64,000 nucleotides of DNA, from assembly GCF_058153355.1 (NCBI RefSeq), contig NZ_CM177019.1; one strand, written 5' to 3'. Each line of letters begins with the position of its first letter. Within the stretch, counting starts at the first letter, position 1. The position numbers and the translations under genes were made by a program. The notes beneath the pieces are model-generated. The model was not told where the DNA came from. It saw only the letters and a program-made list of their open reading frames with translations, and did no database searches. Below are positions 1 to 13,747 of this stretch, in pieces.

Positions 1-1396
<1,396 letters not shown>

Positions 1397-1410
1397 CTCC
1401 GGAAACGCTC

Positions 1411-2079
1411 ATGCAAGAAAGTATACAACTGGTTATTGATTCCTTGCCGTTCCTGCTGAAAGGGGCTGGGTATACGCTGCAACTCAGTATCGGCGGCATG
1501 TTTTTTGGCTTACTGCTAGGGTTTATTCTCGCGCTGATGCGCCTTTCGCCAATCTGGCCCGTGCGCTGGCTGGCGCGTTTTTATATCTCTATTTTTCGTG
1601 GTACACCGCTCATCGCACAACTGTTTATGATCTATTACGGCCTGCCGCAGTTTGGCATCGAATTAGATCCTATACCATCAGCGATGATTGGTCTGTCGCT
1701 GAATACTGCCGCCTATGCAGCCGAAACGCTGCGCGCCGCCATTTCTTCTATTGATAAAGGTCAGTGGGAAGCTGCTGCCAGTATTGGTATGACGCCGTGG
1801 CAGACCATGCGTCGCGCGATTTTGCCACAGGCGGCGCGGGTGGCGTTGCCGCCGCTGTCGAACAGCTTTATCAGCCTGGTAAAAGATACGTCGCTGGCCG
1901 CGACAATCCAGGTGCCGGAGCTGTTCCGTCAGGCGCAGTTGATTACCTCGCGTACGCTGGAGGTGTTCACCATGTATCTGGCGGCTTCGCTCATCTACTG
2001 GATCATGGCGACAGTGTTATCGACGTTGCAGAACCATTTTGAGAATCAACTTAATCGCCAGGAGAGAGAACCAAAATGA
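1411..2079 (+). CDS. tcyL: cystine ABC transporter permease
   Basis: 222-aa membrane ORF, ABC permease signature; synteny. Confidence 0.9.
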   Translation: MQESIQLVIDSLPFLLKGAGYTLQLSIGGMFFGLLLGFILALMRLSPIWPVRWLARFYISIFRGTPLIAQLFMIYYGLPQFGIELDPIPSAMIGLSLNTAAYAAETLRAAISSIDKGQWEAAASIGMTPWQTMRRAILPQAARVALPPLSNSFISLVKDTSLAATIQVPELFRQAQLITSRTLEVFTMYLAASLIYWIMATVLSTLQNHFENQLNRQEREPK

Positions 2080-2828
2080 GTGCCATTGAAGTTAAGAACC
2101 TGGTGAAAAAATTCCACGGCCAGACGGTGCTGCACGGTATCGACCTTGAGGTGAAGCCTGGCGAAGTGGTAGCGATTATCGGTCCGAGCGGTTCCGGTAA
2201 AACCACGTTGCTCCGCAGCATAAATCTGCTGGAGCAACCGGAAGCGGGAACCATTACCGTTGGCGATATCACCATTGATACTGCACGTTCATTAAGTCAG
2301 CAAAAATCGCTGATTCGCCAGTTGCGTCAGCACGTCGGGTTTGTCTTCCAGAACTTTAATTTGTTTCCGCATTGCACGGTACTGGAAAACATTATTGAAG
2401 GGCCGGTGATCGTCAAAGGCGAACCAAAAGAAGAGGCCACGGCGCGCGCTCGCGAGCTACTGGCGAAAGTTGGGCTGGCCGGTAAAGAAACCAGTTATCC
2501 ACGTCGTTTGTCTGGCGGTCAACAGCAGCGTGTCGCGATTGCGCGAGCGCTGGCTATGCGTCCTGAGGTGATTTTGTTTGACGAGCCAACGTCGGCGCTG
2601 GATCCAGAGCTGGTGGGCGAAGTCCTGAACACCATCCGCCAGCTGGCGCAGGAAAAGCGCACGATGGTGATTGTGACGCACGAAATGAGCTTTGCCCGGG
2701 ATGTTGCGGACAGGGCGATCTTTATGGACCAGGGGCGGATAGTCGAGCAGGGGGCCGCAAAAGCGTTATTTGCCGATCCTCAGCTGCCTCGCACTCGCCA
2801 GTTCCTCGAGAAGTTTCTGCTGCAATAA
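2076..2828 (+). CDS. tcyN: cystine ABC transporter ATP-binding protein
   Basis: 250 aa, Walker A GPSGSGKTT, LSGGQQQR signature; 4-nt overlap with tcyL. Confidence 0.9.
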   Translation: MSAIEVKNLVKKFHGQTVLHGIDLEVKPGEVVAIIGPSGSGKTTLLRSINLLEQPEAGTITVGDITIDTARSLSQQKSLIRQLRQHVGFVFQNFNLFPHCTVLENIIEGPVIVKGEPKEEATARARELLAKVGLAGKETSYPRRLSGGQQQRVAIARALAMRPEVILFDEPTSALDPELVGEVLNTIRQLAQEKRTMVIVTHEMSFARDVADRAIFMDQGRIVEQGAAKALFADPQLPRTRQFLEKFLLQ

Positions 2829-3057
2829 TAAGAAAAAATCAGCCCCGACGATTTACCAGCCGGGGCGGGACGCCACTTCAAACGTGATAAAACTGCTTAA
2901 CAAATCAGCATAACTCATTAATAACATAAGAGAATGCGATGGCTTGCAAAAGTAATTCATTGCCTGAATAATATAAATTATATATAAATCTTATTTATGT
3001 GATAGTTTGAATTATCATTATAAATGATACTCACTCTCAGGGGCGTTGCGGTTTACT

Positions 3058-3780
3058 ATGCAGGATACGGATTTTTTCAGCTGGCGTCGCACGATGCTGT
3101 TGCGTTTTCAGAGGATGGAGGCCGCAGAAGAGGTCTACCATGAAATAGAGCTTCAGGCTCAGCAGCTGGAGTACGATTACTATTCGTTATGTGTTCGCCA
3201 CCCGGTACCATTCACGCGACCTAAAGTAGCTTTCTACACCAATTACCCTGAGGCGTGGGTGAGTTATTATCAGGCAAAAAACTTTCTCGCCATTGATCCT
3301 GTGCTGAACCCTGAAAACTTTAGTCAGGGCCATTTAATGTGGAATGATGACTTATTCAGCGAAGCACAGCCGTTATGGGAAGCCGCGCGCGCACACGGTT
3401 TACGCCGCGGTGTCACTCAGTATTTAATGCTGCCAAATCGGGCGCTGGGCTTTTTGTCCTTTTCCCGTTGCAGCACGCGCGAAATACCCATTCTTAGTGA
3501 TGAACTGCAATTAAAAATGCAGTTACTGGTGCGCGAAAGTCTGATGGCTCTAATGCGTTTAAATGATGAAATAGTGATGACGCCAGAGATGAATTTCAGC
3601 AAGCGCGAAAAAGAAATTCTGAAATGGACGGCGGAAGGGAAGACATCAGCAGAGATAGCGATGATTTTGTCAATCTCTGAGAATACGGTCAATTTCCATC
3701 AGAAAAACATGCAGAAAAAAATCAATGCACCGAATAAGACCCAGGTTGCCTGTTACGCGGCCGCTACTGGCTTAATTTGA
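3058..3780 (+). CDS. sdiA: LuxR-family quorum-sensing regulator
   Basis: ORF 3046..3780; MQDTDFFSWRRTMLLRFQRM... with C-terminal LuxR HTH; 240 aa. Confidence 0.9.
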   Translation: MQDTDFFSWRRTMLLRFQRMEAAEEVYHEIELQAQQLEYDYYSLCVRHPVPFTRPKVAFYTNYPEAWVSYYQAKNFLAIDPVLNPENFSQGHLMWNDDLFSEAQPLWEAARAHGLRRGVTQYLMLPNRALGFLSFSRCSTREIPILSDELQLKMQLLVRESLMALMRLNDEIVMTPEMNFSKREKEILKWTAEGKTSAEIAMILSISENTVNFHQKNMQKKINAPNKTQVACYAAATGLI

Positions 3781-3846
3781 TCGCTTTTCTTTCTGCGTGC
3801 CAGATGCAAAAACCGGCTGAAAGGCACGCTCTCAGCCGGTTTTATA

Positions 3847-4071
3847 TTACTGACGGTAGGCTTGTTTAATTTGCTTAACCGTTTTGGAAAATACTGCAGC
3901 CTGGGTTTCGTCTTCGATCAGCGCAAGCTGTTTTTCCATCTTTAACATCACGCGGCCCGCGTCAGCTTGTCCCATCGCCTGCAGCATCAGCGTCAGCATC
4001 GCTTTCAGGCAGGAGACTTCATTTGCCAGTTCTTGATTATTCTCGGCAGTAGAAAAATCAGGCGTACTCAT
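3847..4071 (-). CDS. yecF: small protein YecF
   Basis: 74-aa ORF between sdiA and uvrY as in K-12. Confidence 0.75.
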
Positions 4072-4529
4072 TTATTTTCCTCGTCATGTTGCAATGAAAA
4101 TTTGCGGTGAAAAATGTTAAGGCGGCGGAGTATACCATAAGCTTTGCTAAAAATAGCAGTGGTTGTTTTTTGAGCGTGCCGTCAACGGTGCTATTAAATG
4201 CGTTAATATAATGACCAATAAATATTTTTATCATGAATGTTTTTTGCCCGTATTGTTCGGGTTAATTAATGTTACATATTCAGCGGGCTGATTTTCATTT
4301 TTGCTGAATAAAGGTAATTTTTGTCACATTTCGTCGCAGGGCTTACTGTGAAACGATCCGGTAAGCCGTTGGTGACGGGCGTGACCATTACTGTGGACAA
4401 TCGAATTGACAAAAACGAGAGAAAAATCGAATACCCACCATTTTTAACGTTTCAAAGTTGCAATAAAAACCGCTAATATACGAATGACTAACTATCAGTA
4501 GCGTTATCCCTATTTCTGGAGATATTCCT

Positions 4530-5186
4530 TTGATCAACGTTCTACTTGTTGATGACCACGAACTGGTGCGCGCAGGGATACGACGCATTCTGGAAGATAT
4601 AAAGGGTATAAAAGTCGTCGGTGAGGCATCGTGCGGTGAAGACGCCGTTAAGTGGTGCCGGGCAAATGCCGTTGACGTGGTGCTAATGGACATGAGTATG
4701 CCGGGCATTGGCGGTCTTGAGGCGACGCGTAAAATCGCGCGTTCCACAGCTGATGTCAAAATCATCATGCTTACTGTCCATACAGAAAACCCTTTACCAG
4801 CGAAAGTCATGCAGGCCGGTGCTGCGGGCTACCTCAGCAAAGGCGCGGCTCCGCAGGAAGTCGTGAGTGCGATCCGTTCTGTCTATTCAGGGCAGCGTTA
4901 CATTGCTTCTGACATCGCTCAACAAATGGCGTTAAGCCAGATCGAACCAGAAAAAACAGAAAGCCCATTTGCCAGTTTGTCTGAACGTGAATTGCAGATT
5001 ATGCTGATGATCACCAAGGGCCAGAAGGTCAATGAGATCTCAGAACAGCTCAATCTCAGTCCGAAAACGGTGAACAGCTACCGCTATCGAATGTTCAGTA
5101 AACTAAACATTCATGGCGATGTTGAGCTGACTCACCTGGCAATTCGCCATGGTCTGTGTAATGCGGAGACATTATCAAGTCAGTGA
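4530..5186 (+). CDS. uvrY: response regulator (BarA/UvrY two-component system)
   Basis: 218 aa, receiver domain (DDHELVRAG...DMSMPG) plus LuxR-type HTH; 4-nt overlap with uvrC. Confidence 0.9.
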   Translation: MINVLLVDDHELVRAGIRRILEDIKGIKVVGEASCGEDAVKWCRANAVDVVLMDMSMPGIGGLEATRKIARSTADVKIIMLTVHTENPLPAKVMQAGAAGYLSKGAAPQEVVSAIRSVYSGQRYIASDIAQQMALSQIEPEKTESPFASLSERELQIMLMITKGQKVNEISEQLNLSPKTVNSYRYRMFSKLNIHGDVELTHLAIRHGLCNAETLSSQ

Positions 5187-7015
5187 GTGATCAGTTTGAC
5201 GCAAAAGCGTTTTTAAAAACCGTAACCAGCCAGCCAGGCGTTTATCGCATGTACGATGCTGGTGGTACGGTTATCTATGTCGGCAAAGCGAAAGACCTGA
5301 AAAAACGGCTTTCCAGCTATTTCCGTAGCAACCTCGCTTCGCGCAAAACCGAAGCGCTGGTCGCCCAGATCCAGCAAATTGATGTAACGGTTACTCATAC
5401 AGAAACCGAAGCGCTGTTGCTGGAACACAACTACATCAAACTCTATCAGCCGCGTTACAACGTTTTGCTACGCGATGATAAATCTTATCCTTTTATCTTC
5501 CTGAGTGGCGATACCCACCCGCGTCTGGCGATGCATCGTGGTGCGAAGCATGCCAAAGGTGAATATTTCGGCCCGTTCCCGAATGGCTATGCCGTACGTG
5601 AAACACTGGCGTTACTGCAAAAGATATTCCCCATTCGCCAGTGCGAAAATAGTGTTTATCGCAATCGCTCGCGTCCGTGTCTGCAATATCAGATAGGGCG
5701 CTGTCTGGGGCCGTGCGTTGAAGGACTGGTGAGTGAAGAAGAATACGCTCAGCAGGTCGAGTATGTGCGCCTGTTTTTGTCTGGCAAAGATGATCAGGTG
5801 CTTACGCAACTCATTAGCCGTATGGAAACTGCCAGCCAGAATCTGGAGTTTGAAGAAGCGGCACGTATTCGCGACCAAATTCAGGCGGTGCGACGCGTCA
5901 CCGAAAAACAGTTTGTGTCCAATACCGGCGACGACCTTGACGTTATTGGTGTGGCGTTCGATGCGGGCATGGCTTGTGTCCACGTATTGTTCATTCGTCA
6001 GGGTAAAGTGCTCGGCAGCCGCAGCTATTTCCCGAAAGTGCCGGGCGGTACGGAACTGAGCGAGGTGGTGGAAACCTTCGTAGGTCAGTTCTATTTACAA
6101 GGCAGCCAGATGCGCACCTTACCGGGTGAGATCCTGCTCGATTTTAATCTTAGCGATAAAACGCTGCTCGCCGATTCCCTTTCAGAACTGGCGGGACGCA
6201 AGATTAATGTTCAAACCAAACCTCGCGGCGATCGGGCGCGTTATCTGAAACTCGCGCGCACCAATGCGGCGACGGCCTTAACCAGCAAACTTTCGCAGCA
6301 ATCTACCGTTCACCAGCGACTGACCGCGCTTGCCAGCGTGTTGAAATTGCCGGATGTGAAGCGGATGGAGTGCTTTGACATCAGCCATACCATGGGTGAA
6401 CAAACCGTCGCCTCCTGTGTGGTATTTGATGCTAACGGCCCGCTGCGTGCGGAGTATCGGCGCTATAACATTACTGGCATTACGCCGGGCGATGATTATG
6501 CGGCGATGAATCAGGTGCTGCGTCGGCGTTATGGTAAAGCCATCGACGACAGTAAGATCCCGGATGTGATCCTTATCGACGGCGGCAAAGGCCAGCTTGC
6601 ACAGGCGAAAAATGTCTTCGCCGAACTGGATGTCTCATGGGATAAAAATCATCCGCTGCTACTTGGCGTTGCCAAAGGAGCAGATAGGAAGGCTGGGTTG
6701 GAAACGCTGTTCTTTGAGCCGGAAGGTGAGGGATTCAGTTTGCCGCCAGATTCTCCCGCGCTGCATGTTATCCAACATATTCGCGACGAATCACACGATC
6801 ACGCGATTGGCGGGCACCGCAAAAAACGGGCGAAGGTCAAAAATACCAGTTCCCTGGAAACCATTGAAGGCGTCGGGCCAAAACGTCGGCAAATGTTGTT
6901 GAAATATATGGGCGGTTTGCAAGGTTTACGTAACGCCAGCGTCGAGGAAATTGCAAAAGTGCCGGGTATTTCGCAAGGTCTGGCAGAAAAGATCTTCTGG
7001 TCGTTGAAACATTGA
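5183..7015 (+). CDS. uvrC: excinuclease ABC subunit C
   Basis: 610 aa, GIY-YIG N-terminus ([23 protein letters not shown]). Confidence 0.92.
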   Translation: MSDQFDAKAFLKTVTSQPGVYRMYDAGGTVIYVGKAKDLKKRLSSYFRSNLASRKTEALVAQIQQIDVTVTHTETEALLLEHNYIKLYQPRYNVLLRDDKSYPFIFLSGDTHPRLAMHRGAKHAKGEYFGPFPNGYAVRETLALLQKIFPIRQCENSVYRNRSRPCLQYQIGRCLGPCVEGLVSEEEYAQQVEYVRLFLSGKDDQVLTQLISRMETASQNLEFEEAARIRDQIQAVRRVTEKQFVSNTGDDLDVIGVAFDAGMACVHVLFIRQGKVLGSRSYFPKVPGGTELSEVVETFVGQFYLQGSQMRTLPGEILLDFNLSDKTLLADSLSELAGRKINVQTKPRGDRARYLKLARTNAATALTSKLSQQSTVHQRLTALASVLKLPDVKRMECFDISHTMGEQTVASCVVFDANGPLRAEYRRYNITGITPGDDYAAMNQVLRRRYGKAIDDSKIPDVILIDGGKGQLAQAKNVFAELDVSWDKNHPLLLGVAKGADRKAGLETLFFEPEGEGFSLPPDSPALHVIQHIRDESHDHAIGGHRKKRAKVKNTSSLETIEGVGPKRRQMLLKYMGGLQGLRNASVEEIAKVPGISQGLAEKIFWSLKH

Positions 7016-7071
7016 TGTCTCTGTAGCAACATAGGGGTAATCTTACTGACAACAGATAGTTACCCGTCATT

Positions 7072-7620
7072 ATGCAATTTAATATTCCTACGTTGCTTAC
7101 ACTGTTCCGTGTCATCCTTATCCCATTCTTTGTATTGGTCTTTTATCTACCTGTCACCTGGTCGCCGTTTGCCGCCGCGCTCATTTTCTGCGTCGCGGCG
7201 GTGACTGACTGGTTCGATGGTTTTCTGGCACGCCGCTGGAACCAGAGTACCCGGTTTGGTGCTTTCCTTGACCCTGTAGCAGATAAAGTTCTCGTGGCTA
7301 TCGCCATGGTGCTGGTAACCGAGCATTATCACAGCTGGTGGGTGACCTTACCGGCAGCAACGATGATCGCCCGTGAAATTATTATTTCTGCGCTACGCGA
7401 ATGGATGGCGGAGTTGGGTAAACGCAGTAGCGTGGCTGTCTCCTGGATTGGGAAAGTGAAAACCACTGCCCAGATGGTGGCGCTGGCATGGCTGCTGTGG
7501 CGTCCGAACATTTGGGTTGAGTACGCCGGTATTGCACTTTTCTTTGTGGCTGCGGTACTGACTCTGTGGTCAATGTTGCAATATTTGAGCGCTGCGCGTG
7601 CAGATTTGCTTGATCAGTGA
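7072..7620 (+). CDS. pgsA: CDP-diacylglycerol--glycerol-3-phosphate 3-phosphatidyltransferase
   Basis: 182-aa membrane ORF downstream of uvrC. Confidence 0.9.
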
Positions 7621-7771
7621 TCGTTTCGGCGCAATTTTCAGCAAACGATCAAAAGTGGTGAAAAATATCGTTGACTCATCGCGCCAGGTAAGTAGAATGC
7701 AACGCATCGAACGGCGGCACTGATTGCCAGACGATAATAAAATCAAGTGATTAACTGATTGCTTGATGAAT

Positions 7772-7847
<76 letters not shown>

Positions 7848-7900
7848 GTTTAAAAGACATCGGCTTCAGCGGATGTCCGGCTGAAAGGCCTGAAGAATTT

Positions 7901-7974
7901 GGCGCGTTAACAAAGCGGTTATGTAGCGGATTGCAAATCCGTCTAGTCCGGTTCGACTCCGGAACGCGCCTCCA
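7901..7974 (+). tRNA. cysT: tRNA-Cys (GCA)
   Basis: GGCGCGTTAACAAAGCGG...anticodon loop TTGCAAATC, 3' CCA. Confidence 0.9.
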
Positions 7975-7986
7975 CTTTCTTCCCGA

Positions 7987-8073
7987 GCCCGGATGGTGGA
8001 ATCGGTAGACACAAGGGATTTAAAATCCCTCGGCGTTCGCGCTGTGCGGGTTCAAGTCCCGCTCCGGGTACCA
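7987..8073 (+). tRNA. leuZ: tRNA-Leu (UAA), long variable arm
   Basis: GCCCGGATGGTGGAATCGGTAGACACAAGGGATTTAAAATCCC...; anticodon TAA. Confidence 0.9.
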
Positions 8074-8116
8074 TGGGAAAGATAAGAATAAAATCAAAGC
8101 AATAAGCAGTGTCGTG

Positions 8117-8140
8117 AAACCACCTTCGGGTGGTTTTTTT
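8117..8140 (+). terminator. rho-independent terminator after the tRNA operon
   Basis: AAACCACCttcgGGTGGTTTTTTT hairpin plus T-run. Confidence 0.7.
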
Positions 8141-8268
8141 GTACCTGCAACTTGTCGTTACACCCTCCTTAATTTTTAATCACCGGCAAAGCCACTCAAA
8201 AAGTATCTCTGATACGGACCGACATGTAAGATAGGTGTTGGCGAGTTGAGATCCACAAGGAAAAGCGT

Positions 8269-8934
8269 ATGAAAACGGAACCGTTAAACGAAAGTGAGTT
8301 GGAATGGCTGGACGATATTCTGACCAAATACAACACTGACCACGCCATTCTTGATGTGGCGGAGCTGGACGGGTTATTGACGGCGGTGTTGAGCTCTCCG
8401 CAAGAGATTGAACCGGCACAGTGGCTGGTTGCCGTATGGGGTGGGGCTGACTATGTGCCACGCTGGGCGTCAGAGAAAGAGATGACGCGCTTTATGAACC
8501 TGGCTTTTCAGCATATGGCCGATACCGCAGAGCGTCTGAACGAATTCCCGGAGCAGTTTGAGCCGTTATTCGGCTTGCGAGAAGTCGATGGCAGCGAGCT
8601 GACGATTGTTGAGGAGTGGTGCTTTGGCTATATGCGGGGCGTGGCACTTTCTGACTGGTCAACGTTGCCCGATTCGTTAAAACCGGCGCTGGAGGCGATT
8701 GCGCTGCACGGTACTGAGGAAAACTTCGAGCGGGTAGAGAAGATGTCGCCAGAAGCGTTTGAAGAGAGCGTAGATGCCATTCGACTGGCGGCACTTGATT
8801 TACATGCATACTGGATGGCGCATCCGCAGGAAAAAGCTGTTCAGCAACCAATCAAAGCAGAAGAGAAACCGGGTCGTAACGATCCTTGTCCGTGCGGCAG
8901 TGGTAAGAAATTTAAGCAGTGCTGCCTGCATTAA
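8269..8934 (+). CDS. yecA: UPF0149-family protein with C-terminal SEC-C zinc motif
   Basis: 221 aa ending [16 protein letters not shown]. Confidence 0.85.
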   Translation: MKTEPLNESELEWLDDILTKYNTDHAILDVAELDGLLTAVLSSPQEIEPAQWLVAVWGGADYVPRWASEKEMTRFMNLAFQHMADTAERLNEFPEQFEPLFGLREVDGSELTIVEEWCFGYMRGVALSDWSTLPDSLKPALEAIALHGTEENFERVEKMSPEAFEESVDAIRLAALDLHAYWMAHPQEKAVQQPIKAEEKPGRNDPCPCGSGKKFKQCCLH

Positions 8935-8983
8935 GAGGTCAAATTGGGTGTCAGCGTTAATTCTGGCACCCAATAAGATCTAA

Positions 8984-10195
8984 TCATCCCACTTCTGGTA
9001 ACAAGCCTGCCGCAATCAAAAATTGCGCGCCAATCACAGCAATACCACAGAGAAACACCACCACCAGCGCCGGACGACCACCTTTCACCCGGTAACCCGC
9101 CTGAGGATTGTGTTTTCTGCTTTGCCAGGTCAACAGCGAAGGGATAATCAATGCCAGTACCGCCAGCGCCACACCGGCGTAACCCAGCGCCATTACAAAT
9201 CCTCGTGGATAAAACAGTGCAAACGCTAACGGCGGCAGAAAGGTAATTGCACCAGTTTGCAATCGTCCACCAACGGTATTTGAACGCTGAAACAAATCTG
9301 CCTGATAATCAAATAAACCTAACGCAACGCCGAGGAATGACGTGGCGAGGGCTAAATCAGCAAATAAATGCACCGCCAGCTCAACATGCGGAGAGGCCAC
9401 CATTTCGCGTAACGCCTGTAACAGCCCGTTTAATCCGGCATGATTAGCCAGCAATCCCATAAAGGTTGTTGAATCAATGCTGCCAAGCGTCGCCAGCTGC
9501 CAGAAAATATATGCCACCAGGGGGATCGCACTACCGGTTATAAACACCCAGCGTAGCTTACGAATATTGCCATCCATATAACTGACAATGCTCGGCACGC
9601 TGCCGTGAAAACCAAACGACGTAAAAATCACCGGGATTGCAGACAGTGCCAGCCCCTGTTGCAATGGCAGGGTTAAAAGATTCACCTTGTGAATATGCGG
9701 AAGCAGCAGTACCAGCATTACCACCAGAAAAATAATTTTGGCGCTGAACAGAAAACGGTTAAATAAATCGACCAGCGAAGTTCCAACACAAACCACGCCA
9801 CCGGCAACAAAAGTGAACAACAGCACGCCAGCGGTTGCCGACATTGAAATACCTGTCCAGTCGCTGATGCTGGAAGCCAACAATTCACCAGCACCGCTGA
9901 TGTATGCCGCAGTCAGAGCATACATTAAGAACATCATACTGAAGCCCGTCAGCCACTGACCGTAGCGTCCCAGATAGCGTTTTGCCAGCGTGCCCAGACC
10001 GGTATCTGCCGGGACATGCTGGTACACCTCCAGTAGTAATAGCGCCGTGTAGCACATCAACGCCCAAAGCCCAATCAACAAGATTAACGTGACGCTAAAA
10101 CCAACACCTGCCGCAGCCAGCGGCATTGCCAGCATGCCTGCGCCAATTGTGGTTCCCGCCACGATAAAAACACTTCCCAGAGTTCTGTTTTTCAC
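8984..10195 (-). CDS. tyrP: tyrosine-specific transport protein
   Basis: 403-aa polytopic membrane ORF; synteny. Confidence 0.9.
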   Translation of the reverse strand: MKNRTLGSVFIVAGTTIGAGMLAMPLAAAGVGFSVTLILLIGLWALMCYTALLLLEVYQHVPADTGLGTLAKRYLGRYGQWLTGFSMMFLMYALTAAYISGAGELLASSISDWTGISMSATAGVLLFTFVAGGVVCVGTSLVDLFNRFLFSAKIIFLVVMLVLLLPHIHKVNLLTLPLQQGLALSAIPVIFTSFGFHGSVPSIVSYMDGNIRKLRWVFITGSAIPLVAYIFWQLATLGSIDSTTFMGLLANHAGLNGLLQALREMVASPHVELAVHLFADLALATSFLGVALGLFDYQADLFQRSNTVGGRLQTGAITFLPPLAFALFYPRGFVMALGYAGVALAVLALIIPSLLTWQSRKHNPQAGYRVKGGRPALVVVFLCGIAVIGAQFLIAAGLLPEVG

Positions 10196-10385
10196 GCTTT
10201 CTTCTGTCCTGACGATCTTTATGAGTGATATCTGCGGCGCAGGTTAAGGCATAACGGCTGCTTCGTCAAACCGGCGTTACATATGGTGTAAATATAAATG
10301 TACAATAAAATGCGTTCAGTCCTGCGCTGGCGCAAAGTCTTGGTAAGCGGCAATCGCTACGCTAGCCTTTTTTTGAGGAGGAACG

Positions 10386-10625
10386 ATGGACTCTATTCAC
10401 GGTCATGAAGTGTTAAATATGATGATTGAATCAGGTGAGCAATATACGCATGCCAGTCTGGAAGCTGCGATTAAAGCGCGTTTTGGTGAACAGGTACGTT
10501 TTCACACTTGCTCGGCAGAAGGGATGACAGCGGGAGAGCTGGTAGCGTTTCTGGCAGCAAAAGGCAAATTTATACCTTCGGAAGAAGGTTTTTCGACCGA
10601 TCAGAGTAAGATTTGCCGTCACTGA
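10386..10625 (+). CDS. yecH: small protein YecH
   Basis: 79-aa ORF with SD AGGAGG upstream. Confidence 0.75.
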   Translation: MDSIHGHEVLNMMIESGEQYTHASLEAAIKARFGEQVRFHTCSAEGMTAGELVAFLAAKGKFIPSEEGFSTDQSKICRH

Positions 10626-10662
10626 TTTGAAACGGCGGCAGTAAACCTGCCGCCGGAGAACA

Positions 10663-11160
10663 TTAGTTTTGTGTGTCGAGGGTAGAGAGTTCTTTGTCGA
10701 TAAAATACAAACCTTCGCCGCTTTTGCCTGCCAGGCTTAATTTATCAATAATCGATTTGAACAGTTTCTCTTCTTCATGCTGCTCAGAAACATACCATTG
10801 CAGGAAATTAAATGTTGGGTAGTCCTGATTGGTCATTGCAGCATGAGCCAGTTCGTTAATTTTCTGCGTGATTAATTGTTCGTGTTTATAGGTTTCCTGG
10901 AATAATTCATCAAGTGAAGAATATTCAGCAAACGGAGATTCAACGGTATTAATACGCGGTAAGTTTCCGGTATCAGTCAGGTAATCAAACAGACGCTGCA
11001 TATGCGTCATCTCTTCCTGGGCGTGGCGGCGCAGGAACGCGGCAGCACCTTCGAAGGTATGATAGCTGCACCAGGCGCTCATTTGCTGATAAAGCAGTGA
11101 AGAGTACAGTTCCAGGTTCATCTGCTCATTAAGTTTTTCAATCATTTCTGGTTTCAGCAT
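10663..11160 (-). CDS. ftnA: ferritin
   Basis: ORF 10663..11175; [31 protein letters not shown]..., 165 aa. Confidence 0.9.
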
Positions 11161-11331
11161 GATAGTGCTCCACAAAGGTTATATTTGTTGCTGTGGCGTC
11201 ACTATAATTTGTTATTTTATTATTTGCAAAAGGTAAAATATAAACTTCATTTATTAAAAATACGAATGGGAATAAAACGCATTACCGCTATTTATTTAAT
11301 CAGCGAAGATCCCCCTCGCTGATTAAAACGT

Positions 11332-11655
11332 TTAGAGAAAGACAGGGAAGGCGGAATGATGGCACTGATATGACAAAGTGAATTCCGTATTCAAACATAA
11401 GGAACCCGCAAAGAGGCTACAGTTGCCTACTGGCTGACCAAAGGGGATAGCGTGGGTATAGCCTTCCTGCTGGCATGCGCGATCGGCGATCCCGCGACTG
11501 ACATAACGATCGGTACGGGCATGCTGCAAAAAAGCCTGATCATAAACCAACCGAACAATACCTGTTGCCGCGTCAACTTCGCCCACATGAGCCTGGCGAG
11601 TAACTGTGCACCCCGCCAGCGTTATTAATGAAAGAGTCAGAATCAGAAGTCTCAT
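11332..11655 (-). CDS. yecR: lipoprotein YecR
   Basis: 107 aa, signal peptide with lipobox LAGC. Confidence 0.75.
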   Translation of the reverse strand: MRLLILTLSLITLAGCTVTRQAHVGEVDAATGIVRLVYDQAFLQHARTDRYVSRGIADRACQQEGYTHAIPFGQPVGNCSLFAGSLCLNTEFTLSYQCHHSAFPVFL

Positions 11656-11917
11656 GGTCCAGCCAGAAGAGTAAAAGAAAGCAGTATTTTACGCGTTACA
11701 GCGCTGCGACAATGGCCGGAAAAGACGCCTGGCAGGCGCTATTTCTCGCCATCTGTATGTGTCAGAAATGGGGGTGCTGCTTTTTGATTATCATTTTTAT
11801 AACATTAAAGGGGTATTTGTGTGATTTGCATCACATAAAGATTGATTTTTGTGATGGTTGTCATATTATAAGTGCAAAGACAATAACACCTGCATAACAA
11901 ATAGTCGGAGTGCCGCG

Positions 11918-12004
11918 ATGAAACTGCGCAAGATCCTGAAAAGTATGTTCAATAACTATTGCAAGACGTTCAAAGACGTACCGCCAGGCAATATGTTCAG
12001 ATAA
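11918..12004 (+). CDS. azuC: 28-aa small protein AzuC, encoded within the dual-function AzuCR/IsrB RNA; intrinsic terminator at ~12008..12033
   Basis: ATG at 11918, translation MKLRKILKSMFNNYCKTFKDVPPGNMFR*, followed by AAACCTGCtccgGCAGGTTTTTTT. Confidence 0.7.
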   Translation: MKLRKILKSMFNNYCKTFKDVPPGNMFR

Positions 12005-12118
12005 CAAAAAACCTGCTCCGGCAGGTTTTTTTGTGTCCTGATGACGGTGGTTGTGACTATCGCTGAAGAAGTGAAGCCGCTACTATAACGGCTTTCAAAA
12101 TGCTATCAGGAGTTTACG

Positions 12119-12370
12119 ATGTCCCAGCCGCTGAATGCCGATCAGGAACTGGTTTCTGACGTGGTTGCTTGCCAGTTGGTTATCAAACAAATTCTCGACG
12201 TTCTGGATGTAATCGCGCCCGTTGAAGTTCGCGAAAAAATGTCCAGCCAGCTGAAGAATATCGACTTTACTCACCATCCCGCCGCCGCAGACCCGGTCAC
12301 CATGCGGGCAATCCAAAAAGCCATCGCGCTGATTGACCTCAAGTTTACCCCACAGGGCGAATCCCATTAA
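12119..12370 (+). CDS. yecJ: small protein YecJ
   Basis: 83-aa [17 protein letters not shown]...; synteny. Confidence 0.75.
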   Translation: MSQPLNADQELVSDVVACQLVIKQILDVLDVIAPVEVREKMSSQLKNIDFTHHPAAADPVTMRAIQKAIALIDLKFTPQGESH

Positions 12371-12447
12371 AAAACCGCTGCTTCAAAAAGATGAGGCAGC
12401 GGTTTCTCAAAAACTTCATCGGCGCAATGCATTAGCGCCGATGATGA

Positions 12448-12951
12448 TCAATGCAGCTGATGCGACACGACATTCAGAACATGTTGGTCGGTCTGCACAG
12501 GGCACATACCAGCAAGTTTCGCACTGCGCACTTCATCAAGAATGGTTTGCAGCAACAGGCCATCATGCTGCTGCTCTTTTTCCAGATCGCGCAGGAAATT
12601 GACGGTTGAATCATCATTCAGTTCTTTAGCTTCATCGGCTAACTGTGCCAGCGTGCTTGAACGTTGCTCGTATTCTTCCATCGTTTTTTGGAAAAGTTCT
12701 TCCAGTGAGTTCAGTTTTTCACCGGGAACATCAATGGCTTTAACAATGGGAGTAGCGCCGACACTCTTCATAAAGTTAAACATGCGCATCATTTGGGTCA
12801 CGTTACTCTGTGCCTGGGCGCGAAGGAAAGTGGCGGTGCCGTTCAGACTCTGTTCAGAACACCAGTTACTCAGGTGAAGGTAGAGATTGGATGCGTAAAA
12901 CTCGCGGTTCATTTGAGAGTTGAGTTTGAGAAGCATTCCAGCGGTTGCCAT
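12448..12951 (-). CDS. ftnB: ferritin-like protein
   Basis: 167-aa ferritin-like ORF; synteny. Confidence 0.85.
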   Translation of the reverse strand: MATAGMLLKLNSQMNREFYASNLYLHLSNWCSEQSLNGTATFLRAQAQSNVTQMMRMFNFMKSVGATPIVKAIDVPGEKLNSLEELFQKTMEEYEQRSSTLAQLADEAKELNDDSTVNFLRDLEKEQQHDGLLLQTILDEVRSAKLAGMCPVQTDQHVLNVVSHQLH

Positions 12952-13747
12952 ACCTAATATCCTTATATCCAGAAGTGGAGAGGTGCAAGATAAATCAAAA
13001 CACCATAATTACTGTTTGCAGAATAATTCCTTTCTGCCGGTCCGAAATGTGATCGTGGAGTCAATTCTGACGATGATCTGAAATAAGAATAACGTCTGAA
13101 CGGGTATAAGAAAATGCTTAAATCATCAAGTTTATATATTTTTACATTTCATTGATGAAATCAATGTAACTGCAATGAATTTTAATGATGATGCTTTTTG
13201 TATCTTGTTGATATTAATAGGGGGATTTGAATTCATGATGAAGAAATGATTTTTTAAAACATTTTTTCATTTTTGCGATATGGCTCTCAGTATACGTGTT
13301 CTGTTAATTAATGAGCACGGTGATAATTAATGGCGAAATGAATGACGCTCATTTTCCACCTCTTTGAGTTGCGGTTATTACACCATTTCAAAAGCTCAAC
13401 GCCAGGTAATGTGGCCAATTGACTGGTTAAAAAGAAGACGTTCCGCATGGGTACCAAAGACAACAAGGATTTCCAGGCTAATCTTATGGATTAATCTGCT
13501 GCGTGCTCGGTGATTTGTCTGACAAATAAGCTTTTACTTATGTCTTTTCCCGCTAAATTTATGCACGTTCTCACTGTAATTCTGCGATGTGATATTGCTC
13601 TCCTATGGAGAATTAATTTCTCGCTAAAACTATGTCAACACGGTCACTTATCTTTTAGTTAAAAGGTAATGCTTTGTTTTCCGATTAATTTAACGAAAGT
13701 CATTCGTTTTTGCCCTACACAAAACGACACTAAAGCTGGAGAGAACC

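Noticed and set aside
12962-13747. Long AT-rich intergenic region between ftnB and araF as a possible hidden gene or island
   Set aside because: Consistent with the known araFGH promoter and regulatory region; no ORF with an RBS stands out.
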